Assembly: GCA_964187785.1 (NCBI GenBank)
Contig: OZ076411.1
Location: 56,978,001 to 57,042,000 of the forward strand
From: Amphiscolops sp. MND2022
Taxonomy: Eukaryota
Direction of reading: 5' to 3'
Length of the DNA: 64,000 bases
A model generated the notes under the pieces. It saw only the letters and a program-made list of their open reading frames with translations. It was not told the origin of the DNA and made no database searches. Numbering within the stretch: position 1 is the first letter of the stretch; each line of letters begins with the position of its first letter. Below are positions 40,847 through 52,009 of this stretch, piece by piece. The position numbers and the translations under genes were made by a program.

Positions 40847-41564
40847 TTAGCTGTCGCTGATCTCAGAGCGGGCAGCTGGATCTTCGTAATCAAACTTTAA
40901 TTGCTCGAAGGAATTGATTGGTTTGTTGACCTGGAGAACAACGACGCGTTGGTTTGGCTCTGCAAAAAAGATGAATGTTTGCGGACTTTATGTTAGCTTC
41001 AGCAACAGAGTGATTGGCCCGTCGACCCATGCATCTGTTCTCTGGGTGATCAGGGCACACTTCTGCAGATGCATTTATGATTCTCCGCCCATGTCCTTTA
41101 ACTTCCAGGCAATATTCGCGTTTGATGCCCTCGATTGCTGAAACTTCTTCCATGGTCTTTTTGGTAAAAATTTGGACATGGTAGTCGATGACCACTTCAA
41201 TTTTAACAATTTTGCGGGTGGCAACGAGTCCCCTGCCAAAATTCGCAAATACTGCTTGGGTAACTCCTAGCCAGCTTTGGGTTCGGGCTCTTTCAATGAG
41301 CAGGGATTGGTCCTCATAATCCATGTTCCCTGCCATTCCTTTGTACAATGTCTTCTGGATTCCATTGTTCTTCGTCTTAGGGGTACTTGTAACCATGGCA
41401 AGGACCAGTAGGTGAACGTTCCTTATGTCGAGGTTTGAATCATTAGTGGTCCACCTCTGGCGCTGGAAAAAACCGTTCGGATGATAATGCAGAAAATAAG
41501 GCCATATCTTTGAACACATGTCGTAAAAACCAAACGAAAATATTAAAACATAGCTAAATTTCAC
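40847..41564 (-). pseudogene. SET-domain protein-lysine methyltransferase (PR-Set7/KMT5A-like) with a single frameshift
   Basis: FGRGLVAT, VVIDYH, MGRRANHS; after a shift in the A6 run (40964-40969) it continues RVVVLQVNKPINSFEQLKFDYEDP, the SET ELxFDY-type motif, to a stop at 40847. Confidence 0.85.
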
Positions 41565-42191
41565 TCAAAGTGGTACATTCTTCAGTTTTGGAAGAAATAT
41601 ATAAATTTTTCCTCGTTTACTTTGACGAAGTTTATTCAAATATTAATATCAAAAAATTAAATATAAAATTCTAAGTCATTAGATATGTGCAAAAACTTAA
41701 AGTCCCCAAACTCGGAAACAGAAGACCCTAAATTCCGAAATTTTTCTCGGATAACACTTGATTGGAACCAGAATGTTAAATCAAAATCGACATCTTTAAA
41801 ACATGAACCTGGAAGAATCAGTTCAGGCGTCCTTCCAATGTAGCGGGATCTGTCTTGCTATTGATGCGCTTAAAAAAAGCAGAGGCACCCGCTTTTTGGC
41901 GAGCATACCGCTGGCGATCTTGGTTTTTCCTCACAGCCAACTTTACGGTTTCGAAGTCTATTGTGTTGTCGAGTAATGTGGAATACACCTCGTTTGCCTG
42001 GACTTTCAGCTTTGGCAGCACGATATCTGGTTATTCGCAACTAGCAACATGCTGTCAAGGTGACGTTCCAATGTCCAATAAGGACTACAGCTGTTTTGAG
42101 TACCTGTTAAAATAAGTAGCAAAACACCGTGGAAACAAGCGTTTTTTAACACCTGTTAAAATTAAATGAAAACATTGGTTTTGAACCGAAT

Positions 42192-42383
42192 TCATGCTTT
42201 TATATTGGTTTTATCACTTACCGAATCCATGTAATTGTCGACAACATGGCTTGGCCTAAACGTTGACTTGCCATTAGAGTTGACAAAAAAAAATTCTGTA
42301 TGGATGGCCCGGTCATCTGTCTCGCTGATTGACTGTTCGAATTTCGTGGCGTCATCTCCGGTCAGGAAAACACTTTTTTTCAT
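42192..42383 (-). pseudogene. Possible tyrosine-recombinase-like exon fragment
   Basis: EFFFVNSNGK...SHVV resembles the region preceding YR box II; LIGHW-like frame just downstream near 42080; catalytic tetrad not assembled. Confidence 0.3.
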
Positions 42384-43129
42384 TTAACTTGATGAAGTTT
42401 AATCAAAGATCAAGATCAAAATTTGAAGTAAACAATTCTCAGTCATTACATGCGCAAAAAAGCTCTAAAATATAGTCCCAAAGAAAACAAGAATTAAAAA
42501 AATCCCTTGAAACTCTTGATTGGAACAAGAATTATAAAATCAAAACCGGCAATTCTTTTTCACACACGAAAGTAATACCTTTTCACACACATTCATTTCA
42601 CGTGGACGTTTCAGCTGATCAGGGTTCGCAGGCTGGTGGACAGAAATTGGTGTGCTGATTCGCAATGTTGGTGGTGGGTTTAGGGCTATGAGTTCCTGAC
42701 TCGCACTCGATGCACACTCGGTCTTGATGACTTTGTCGTTAATTGAAAACATGGCCGTTGACTGTGCCGATTCAAAACACGTAAGTTGGTTCGAGACGAC
42801 GTAAGTTGGTTCTGGGACTTGGTCGTACTTCCAGGCTGTGCCAACGTGTTATCGAACAGTCCAGTTGGGGTTTGCATTTGGCTGAACGAAATAGCGGTCA
42901 ACATTGTCAATTCCCGAAAAGTGTGCTATGCATGTGAGAAATTGGTAATGGTTGCAAATTCTGAAAAATCTTATTTGGATCTATTCGAATTGAAGTTGTA
43001 TGCAGATGAGAGACTTGACTATTAGAAAAATGATTGAAATAAAGATTTTACAAATCAAGTTATTTCTGAAGAGAATTGCACGTGTTGACACCCTGCTGAT
43101 CCGGATGGCAATCATGATTAAAGAAGAAT

Positions 43130-43301
43130 TGACACCTTCAATTATCCAAAGCTATTATCGAATACTTAATTCACCTAATTAGAATTAGCTGTTCAATAAA
43201 ACCCCCTTGGTATTCGCGGTTCCGGAGGTCAATCATAGTTGATAAAATGACACCTTCAATTATCCATAGCTATTACCGAAAACTTAATTCACTCAATTAG
43301 A
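43130..43301. repeat. Direct repeat pair (~54 bp, 118 bp spacing)
   Basis: TGACACCTTCAATTATCCAWAGCTATTAYCGAAWACTTAATTCAC at 43130 and 43248. Confidence 0.85.
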
Positions 43302-43517
43302 TTTAATTAAATAGGGCGATAAAACCTATGGCGCAATTAAGAGGTGCAATTATCATTTTCTGGTGTAAATTGCAAACAATAAGGTTTAATTACCAGTGAC
43401 GGACATCAGGTATAGACATGAGGTATAGACATTTCAATATTATTATTATCATCGTTTCACCCAGAGAAAACTAACATTTTTAATGATCAAGAATGCTTCT
43501 TCAATTTTTTTCCGAGA

Positions 43518-44788
43518 ATGAAACTGTCCAAATTTTGGATCCTGCAACCTCAGTTTGGGAGTCAGCTAAGATCATTGCGTTTATCAATGATTGATGTGAC
43601 AGAATCAAATGGGTTGACTGGTCGTCCAAAAAGAAGGAAGTCATTGCTGTTCCCGAAAGAGATCGACCAGGAAGAAACTGCTGGAACATTACGAAATCGC
43701 AGCGACTCGTTCTCGAGACAACGGAAAAGAGACGATATACGTCACTTGTCTTCAACGATTGCAGACTGGTCAGAAGCGATCAGGTCTACCTTTCGCAACC
43801 AAAGTGTGATTGAGTTGATACCTATAGATGCCGTGATGATCCTTTCATTAATCAATGCCTAGTATTAGACGTGGAAGGCAAGGATGTGTTTGTATCATAT
43901 CACCAACTACGAAACAAACCTTGATCCAGAGAGACTAATCCTGATAATGAAAATGATGAAGATGCAGATTCAGAGTCTGAATGAGCCCGCCTAACAATTC
44001 GGAAACAAGCTTTTTGATTTTCGCCCCTCAGCCCTAGCCACAAATGGACATATCCTTACTCCCAAGTGTTGATGATGACGTTGACGTGGCTTACGTTCCA
44101 TGTGCCAATGATTTAATGAAGGTTGGATCCATTGCATCATATGTCGACGACGATTTTGAGATCAAGCGTCTTTTTTTGACCACCAAAAGAAAAAAAGCAT
44201 TTGCATCCATGCAGGTAGAATCGATCCCAATATTGAAGTGCGAATCCCGTGAAACCCAATCGTCAGCAAATCATCCTCGAAAGGCGAAGTGATGAACTTC
44301 AATTCCATACCTGAGCCAATTGACCGAGTGTTTGTTTTGTTTTCGGCCATAACACGAATTGTGGGTCTCTCTAAAAATAAACATTCGATTATGCAACATT
44401 GGTTCCCTGCATCCCATTGACAAAGAAATTATGTGGCTTCGAAACCAACAATTGCAAAGAAGCTGTCAAATACAGTGTCACGAACAAAGAGGGAAGAAGA
44501 AGATAGTGTAACGGTACGTGGGACAGTGTATTGGGTAGAAAGTGGGATATGATCCCATGTTATTCAAGTGATGGAGAAAACGTTCTCATCAGGACACTGA
44601 GATTCATCGAACATCGTGAATTCGGGATGTTCACAATTCGTGTCCAGATGTTAACAACACAACGTCACTATAAAACGAGCTACCTATATAAAGACCTCTC
44701 TCAGAATCTCTCTTTAACATCAAATACGAAACTTTTGAAAACGAAAGAAGGTGATATTCAAAAACACTTTGAAACCGTTTTGATATAG
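43518..44788 (+). pseudogene. Fragmented unknown plus-strand coding region
   Basis: Protein-like frames 43518-43862, 44044-44292 and 44531-44788; no recognisable motif. Confidence 0.3.
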
Positions 44789-44939
44789 TTTCTCTGTCAC
44801 GTTTGCTAATTTGTGGTTGTCAAATATGATAAAATATTGTTGATGAGAAAACAACCCTCATTTTTTTTCGACCGATTGGAACTAAAATGAAATCGATCTC
44901 AGTTTCCACGAAATTATAGATTGTCTTGGTTTCCACAAA

Positions 44940-45850
44940 ATGGATGTGAAATTTGAATTGCTCTGAGAACGAATGCGGAAAACAAGATCATATCTTTGAA
45001 TACATTATGTGGAAACCAAATACATCTTGTAAATTATTGTGGAATTTCACTCATGATTTTTTCAGAAAAAATCCATGAGTTTGTTTTCACCTATTTTAAT
45101 CAAGGTAATCAACTGTCATTCACAAATCAATATAAAAAGGTATAAGAGACAGTTCTGAGTCCTTATATGTGGGAAAAATTTTTTTTGAAAATAAGTATTG
45201 GGAATGGACTCGTTTTCACCTCTTCACATACAAAAAATCACTTTTTTGTCCTTGAAATGACTAGACAACATCTTTTGAGAAAGATGTTTCTATAAAATAT
45301 TCAAAAATGGCTTTACGTCTGTTCAAAATATAAAAATGGTTTCTCTATTGTCCACTGAAATCTAATTTTTGAACAGCCAGAACGACCCATAATTGGAAAT
45401 AAGTGTTTAATGAATCAGAATCGAGTTAAAATTTACCAAAACAACCAGAGACTCTGAAAAAGAGGTATTTTTTATTGGAAAAACAAGTATTCATGATGGG
45501 ATCACTGAAAATGTGGAATTCAGGTCACTTATTAGATTTTCCTGGTTTCCACGAACTTCATCGTGAAATTTGAATTGCTCTGAGAACGAATGCGGAAAAT
45601 AAGAGCAGATCTTTATACACATGTCGTGAAAACCAAATACATATCCCGAAACAATGCGGATTGTCACTCAAAGGGCATGTCACTCATGATTTTTTTTCAA
45701 AAAAAACAACCAGGTTTTCTCTTTTGTTTCAATATGGTAGAAGACTGTCTTTCAATTATCGTTGTAAAAAGATAAAAGAAACAATTCTGAGTCCTTATAT
45801 ATAAAAAAAACTTTGAAAATAGGTCCTGAAAATGGACCATTTTCACCTCA
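44940..45850. repeat. Degenerate repeat modules A and B (~600 bp period)
   Basis: GTGAAATTTGAATTGCTCTGAGAACGAATGCGGAAAA at ~44947 and ~45564, with downstream similarity (GAGTCCTTATAT). Confidence 0.85.
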
Positions 45851-45974
45851 CGATTTGACACTCAAATGATTTATGACTTATTGCCTCAAATCATGGATTC
45901 AAAATACAGACTCAAATCAATGACAATCAGCGACACCATAGTTTTACATTCTAAGTTATTTTCACTATCTAGAC

Positions 45975-47117
45975 ATGACTCCACTATCTATCTGGGAAAA
46001 AAACTTTCTCGAAGTAGAAACTGAAAAGTTTTTCACCAACAGCAGAATCTTCGATGAGTTATCCGCTGAAGGAATACCAAACAAGTTTAGGCGATTCGAA
46101 ACTCTCGTTGGAGAAATATTTAATGGACAAAATGAAAATCTAAACGAGTTTATCCGGAAGATTCCAGTGAGAGGCCATAAATCGACACCCATATTCTTTG
46201 CCGCAAAAGTTGCGAGGTTGCGTGTACTCCGTGGATGTAAAGACTTCCCTTGGAACTCATGCAGAGAACAGTTTGCTGAGTTATTTTTCAATAAAGATGG
46301 TATACCGTACGTGAATCCCTACATGACCAATGGTGTTGCGAAAGATGTCAACCCCGAAAGAGTCAACTCCACGAAAAGTATCAGCCCCGCGAACGAAGTC
46401 AACCCCACTGAAAATATCATCCCTGAGAAAGATGTCAACCCCGCAAGAGTCAACACCACGAAACAAATCAGCCTTCCAAAACATTCCAGCAATGAAAGAA
46501 TTACCTTCGGAACGCCACCAAACATTCATTTCAACGAATCAAAATTAGAAGCCACGGAGACAAAAAAAAACAAAACTGAACGAGATGATCTTTTCAACAC
46601 AACTCTAATGTCAGATGATGGTTTCATCGCGTTCATGAAGCACATCAAAAAATCTGCAATCAAACGAAAAAATCAAAAACTCACAAAAAAGAGGAGCCAA
46701 ATATGGTTAGAAAAATTCTGGAAAGTGTGGAAAATTGTGTTGGAAACGAGAGGGTCCACTGAAGACTTCAGACATCCTTTTTCCCTTGTGATGAAAACGA
46801 GGAACACTGAAGACGTAATCAACGTTATCCTCAGGAGACTATCCATCGTTGAATTTGGATACAATTTAGTCACATGCATTCGATTAGTCAAGAAGTCAAC
46901 AGCTGAAATTCATTCTTACTCCACAGCAATGTGTGAACCAGAAAGGACATTATCTGGTTTTCGCTGCAACCTCATAAAATGCGTCGAAGAAGCCTCGTAT
47001 TTTTTGTTCGGGTCCAATGAAAGCAGGGACTCACGGGTCAATATATGGGGTGACAGGTCTGAAATTGATGGCGCGGAAATAACTCGAATTGCGTTCCGGA
47101 CACTAAGAGACAAATGA
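45975..47117 (+). CDS. Uninterrupted 380-aa orphan protein with internal DVNP/EVNP repeats
   Basis: ATG-to-stop ORF in AT-rich DNA; internal duplication KDVNPERVNSTKSIS / KDVNPARVNTTKQIS; no family recognised. Confidence 0.6.
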   Translation: MTPLSIWEKNFLEVETEKFFTNSRIFDELSAEGIPNKFRRFETLVGEIFNGQNENLNEFIRKIPVRGHKSTPIFFAAKVARLRVLRGCKDFPWNSCREQFAELFFNKDGIPYVNPYMTNGVAKDVNPERVNSTKSISPANEVNPTENIIPEKDVNPARVNTTKQISLPKHSSNERITFGTPPNIHFNESKLEATETKKNKTERDDLFNTTLMSDDGFIAFMKHIKKSAIKRKNQKLTKKRSQIWLEKFWKVWKIVLETRGSTEDFRHPFSLVMKTRNTEDVINVILRRLSIVEFGYNLVTCIRLVKKSTAEIHSYSTAMCEPERTLSGFRCNLIKCVEEASYFLFGSNESRDSRVNIWGDRSEIDGAEITRIAFRTLRDK

Positions 47118-47359
47118 AAGTGTCAATCTTAAAATGCTGTATTTTGTTTTGCTGCATACAGGGGTAAAGATACATACGTAATGATGAAAATTCTTGATGA
47201 TTAAAATCGATTCAAGATAATCAAAATCAAGAAATTGAATAATCATAGGATGACAAAAAATCAAGGACACTTTATTTTTTAAAACAAGAAAAATATGAGA
47301 ACGTGTTCGAAATTGGTGTTAAACTCTATGATGAAAATGCTTAAATCATTAAAATCATT

Positions 47360-49308
47360 TTAAGAATAAAAAACATCATCAAACTGAATAATTGCATTTC
47401 TCACGTTTTTTCGTTGTTTCAGAGTCAGATGTTGCTTTTTCAGTGCATCGTGGTGTACTGGGTTGAGGTTGAAATCTATTCTCCATTGTAGGCTGAAATA
47501 TAAGTTTTGAACAGTCAGAACGACCCAAAATTGAACCAAGTTTTTATTCAATGAGTCAGAATCGAGTTAAAAATCTCCCACGCGACCAGAGACTCCGAAA
47601 AACAATTTTCATTGGAAAAACAAGTTTTCATGATGGAATCATTGAAAATGTGGAATTTAGGACACTTATCAGATGTGAAACTTGAACTGTTCTGAGAACG
47701 AATGCGGAAAACAAGACCATATCTTTAAACACACGTCGTGGAAACCAAATACATTTTCTAAATCATTGCGGAATTTCACTCAAAGGGGTACTCTCATGAT
47801 TTGTTAAAGGAAAAGCCATGAGTGTGTTTCCACTTAATTCAATCAAGGTTATCAACTGTCATTCAAATCTCAATATAAAAAGATATAAGAGACAGTTTGA
47901 GTCCTTATGTTAGAAAAAGTCCTTGAAACTAGGTTTTTAAAAGAAACTCGTTTTCGCGGAACTTTCTTCTTTTCCCCCACACTTTTCAAGATGATGTTTT
48001 TGCAATTAATTATTTATCATAACAAAAATACTTGAATACAATCCAGAATCCTTCAATTTTGAATGTATTTTAAGAGTGACAGTTTATCATTGAGATACAA
48101 ACTTTGTTCACACTATTTTGAAAAATGGCTCTTTTTACTTCCCCATGTTCATCCTATTCTTTAAAACATGTGGTGGGAGGGGGTTGGGTTAAGGAAAAAG
48201 AGCCGTTTTCACCTCTTTTGATACAAAATATTACTTTTCCAGGGACAAGAAAACATCACTAATGAACTTTATTTCAATAAAAAAAATAAAAAAATGGCTT
48301 TACGTCCATTTTCATTGGAAAAAAGACCACATTTTGTTCTCATTGAATTAAAATTACATTAGTAAAGAATTCACAAGTAAAAAACTCACTGGGCTGTGGG
48401 GAATACAAGTCGGGTGTCTAAATTCCTCGCTCTCTGATTTCTTGCTGACGTCTCAAACAAGTGTTTTCGAAAAGTGTTGCTTGAGTTTTCCAGTTCCGGC
48501 GCAAATCAAACCGCATTCAAGACACGTACAGCGATGGATGCTCAAATTTTCCGTTGTCGGTGAGCTCAAAAAGAATCAAGTTTATATCTCTGAGTCTGAT
48601 CAGTAAAACCACCACGAAAGACGTAACTTGAAAAATAAGTGTAAATTTTCAAATACCAAATGATCAAAAAGCATAAAAACGGAATCAGTTCAAATTTCGA
48701 ATGACACGGCATAATTTACATAGAAAACTCTACTTTGGGCATCACATATCATAACATGTAAAAGGAAAACAATAGTCAACAAGTAGTCGTTGTTTTGCTT
48801 GTTTCACTCAGGATTTAAAACGAAAATTTTTCCCAAACCTGGTTTCAAACAAGTTTCAGAATTTCTTGAATTTTTGAAAACATTTTTTTTTCTCCAACAG
48901 TATCTGAACTCACCGAGGCATGTAGATTGATGACGCGTGTAGAACCATTGCTTTGGAATCAAATCCTTTGAAGCAGTGGATACCAGTTAAAGTCATTCTG
49001 GAAACAGCGATATAGGTCCTTTATTGAAGGTTGTAGAAAATTTACTAGTTGTCTATTAGAAACACTCTGCACAGGATAGATGCTCAACACAAACTCATCC
49101 TGAAGTCGTCCCATCAGCTCAAGTTCACGTGAGATGATCGACCAATCATGGTAGCCACATTTTGGTTGATCAACCAATCACAATAGCCACAACTTGGCAG
49201 ATTCGAAAGAGATGATGTATCTTCTTTGTCAATCCCCCCACGGATTTACTTCCCCCAGTTAAGCAATTGAACAACCAATCAAATTGCAGTTTCTCACAAC
49301 TCTAACTG
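47360..49308 (-). pseudogene. Three-exon decayed gene of unknown function (48914-49308, 48390-48626, 47360-47492)
   Basis: Acceptors TTTCACAG, TTTTCAAG, ATTTCAG; donors GTGAGT at 48913 and 48389; exons 2 and 3 are phase-compatible; several in-frame stops. Confidence 0.45.
47500..47960. repeat. Repeat module C (homologous to ~45370-45850 and ~44940-45240)
   Basis: CAGAACGACCCA...TCAGAATCGAGTTAAAA...CTGAGAACGAATGCGGAAAACAAGA shared. Confidence 0.85.
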
Positions 49309-49460
49309 CTGTGAAATTTATCGCTGATACTAGGGGGGTTAAAGCAAAAAAATCCGAGATGTTTTATGCTGATGTATGATGATGAGACATAAACTCAAAC
49401 TTTAAGAAAATAAATTTTAATTTCTTAGAGTGTAAATTTGTCATACTCATTATCTCTATT

Positions 49461-50271
49461 TTTAGTCGGCGCCTTTTCCCTTAAGGAAAAAAGCCCGACT
49501 CTTACAGTGAGTAGTTTTTTTTTTTTTTTTGTTTTTTTCAGTTGACAATCTCACTCTGAGTGGTCCACTTTTCTTACAATTCTGCAATTCTGCGCAGAAG
49601 GCAAACTTTACTCCAACCCTTTCAGTTTTTACTTTTTCAAGGAAACATACACAACCGGACGTGCCCAAAGGGTCCCCCCTTTGGATTTTTTTCGGCATTT
49701 TGCGACTTAAAAATACTTTTTTTTCGAAAAAAAATTTCAAAAATAATTTTTTTGAAAAATTTTTTTTCCAAACTTTTACAATAGTTGTTCCTTGAATATT
49801 TTTGAGCCTAAGATATGGCGCCGACTTGGGACGTTCCCGTCTTGTTTTTTTTTCAGTTGACAATCTCACTCTGAGTGGTCCACTTTTCTTACAATTCTTA
49901 CAATCTTAAAATCTTACAATTCTTACTTAGCAAATTTAAAATACTTGCGAAGTAGTATTTTTACATCATCTTAGAAACTCGAAGGGACCAAAGGGTACGC
50001 CCTCCTTAGAGTATTTTCGGCTCTGTGAGACTTTTTTTTCGAAAAAATTTTTATTGTCTCAAAAGGGTCCCCCCTTCGAGTTTTCTCATATTTTGCAACT
50101 GAATGTATGTTAATCAATCCCAAAGGGTCCCCCCTTCTATATTTTTCGGCACTATGCGACTTTATTTGAAAGAAAATTTTTGTTCAAAAATCACAAGTTT
50201 TTTTCCAAAAAAAATTTTGCACTTTTTGAGCCTTAGATATGGCGCCGACTTTGGACGTTCTCGTCTTGTTT
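49461..50271 (-). mobile_element. Non-autonomous Helentron/DINE-1-like (HINE) element with internal tandem repeats
   Basis: Subterminal inverted repeat AGTCGGCGCC (49464) / GGCGCCGACT (50241, also 49817); terminal stem-loop 49465-49499; T-rich flanks; repeated AAAGGGTCCCCCCTT units. Confidence 0.55.
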
Positions 50272-50681
50272 ACTTAATGGTCATTATTTTGTAGTTGTAT
50301 TTTAGGCGCAATACATGATTTTAGCATATTCAGAAGAATCAGCATTGACTGCAGAAAAATCTACATTAATTATTATTTGCAAATATTTGTTGTATACAAT
50401 GTTTCGAGCTCTCACATGTTCGGCGCTCTTTTTCTTTTTCCCTCCCACACGTTTTAAAGAATCGGGAAAAAGTGTCAACAAAGTTTGTCTCTCAAATATA
50501 AACTGTCACTCTGTATATAAAGTTGAAATTGATGGATTCTGGTTTGTATTCAAGTCTTTTCGTTGATATAAATATATGCAAAAACATCATCTTGAAAAGT
50601 GTAGGAACGAAAAAAGTGCCAAATGTTTTTTTGAATGATATTCGTACAAAGAGTACTAATTTACGTTTTTGCAAAGATCGT

Positions 50682-50752
50682 CTAATGCCGAGGTTCGAAC
50701 TCCTTAACTTGCGGTTGTCAATCTAGCACTCTACCGGTTGAGCTATAGTGAC
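50682..50752 (-). pseudogene. tRNA-like remnant (tRNA pseudogene or SINE head)
   Basis: A-box TAGCTCAACCGGTAGAG and B-box GAGTTCGAACC at tRNA spacing; acceptor and anticodon stems do not pair well. Confidence 0.55.
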
Positions 50753-50883
50753 TTAATGTTGTGCAAGTAAAGTTTTTATTCAATTGCTACTCAAACGATT
50801 GGGGATATCAAAAGTTATACAATTGAATGAATCAATGAATGAAAGAATCTTTGAAATCACGTTTCTATATAAAAGCTAGTTAT

Positions 50884-51198
50884 CCTGACTGAGTGTGGTC
50901 CCTACGAAATTTATGCAGCTGGTCGGAAAACTCCTAACTAAGTGTGGTCTCTAGAAGAGGTTAGCAGTTTTATTGTATGTCTCGGTTGCTTCGCTCCCTT
51001 CGCCAGATAGCAACATTGAGGCATGGCCAGTTGGCACGTCGATCCGCTTCGCTTCGCTCCTGCATTTAGGGCACTAGGGGTGTGTGAACATAGCTGACTA
51101 AGTTATAATAAATATCCGCCAAATTTGCAGGGACCACACTTACATTACAGGGACCAGAGTTAGTAAGGCGAAATCGCTTGGGACCACACTTAGTCAGG
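50884..51198. mobile_element. MITE with 19-bp TIRs
   Basis: CCTGACTGAGTGTGGTCCC / GGGACCACACTTAGTCAGG (1 mismatch); subterminal GGGACCACACTTA copies; no clear TSD. Confidence 0.7.
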
Positions 51199-52009
51199 GG
51201 TACCTCAAAATCAATAAATGTGTATCGAGTTGTTAAAAACATTATTAAACCAAGATTGTTTCGAGATAGCAAGAATAAAAATTGTTACATAATATTTGAA
51301 AAAGAATGAAATGAAAAAATGCACACAATGTGTTTTTGAGAAGTTCCATTCTTTGCCACCATGGCCAAGCTAGAATATTTTTTTCAATTCTAACTAAGTG
51401 TTCGTCCCACAACCGTTTATTAAATAAGGGTCTATGGCCCGCCGAGTGCGGATTCGTCAACGGAAGTTTCTGTACAATTTCATTCATTCTTTTGCCATAC
51501 ACTTTAAATTCATTTGGTGGATTATCAAATAACAAGAGCAAATACTGTGGAATTAATGTGCAGGTTTGTCAAAAAAGTTCACACCAATTCAAATTGCGAT
51601 TTAATTCTCGAATTAATTCGGCGATTTTTTATTGATATTTTTTATTGACTTTTTGACATCAAAATAAAGAAAAGCCGCGTGTTGAATTGTTCAAATTGTC
51701 TCACGAGAAAAATCACAAACTGAACTTTTGTCAGAACATGCTGGAAAATTGAAATTTTTGATGCGTTTTGTGGAAATATTTATTTTGTTTACAATTATAC
51801 CCCTGATTTAAAAATTTTCATACCTCTTGTTTTGAAAGAAATTGTCGAGAAACGGCTTTGAAAAAATGGATTCAAATCGCGACGTTTTTGAGCAAAAAAA
51901 AACCTAAAAAACGACGTTGTTTTCAATTGTCAAATTCTGTGAGTTTTAATGCAATAAGTGCAATTGTTTATAGCTCATGTTATAAGGGCGGCCATATATT
52001 CCCCATACC

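Noticed and set aside
50682-50752. Functional tRNA gene
   Set aside because: Acceptor and anticodon stems do not pair.
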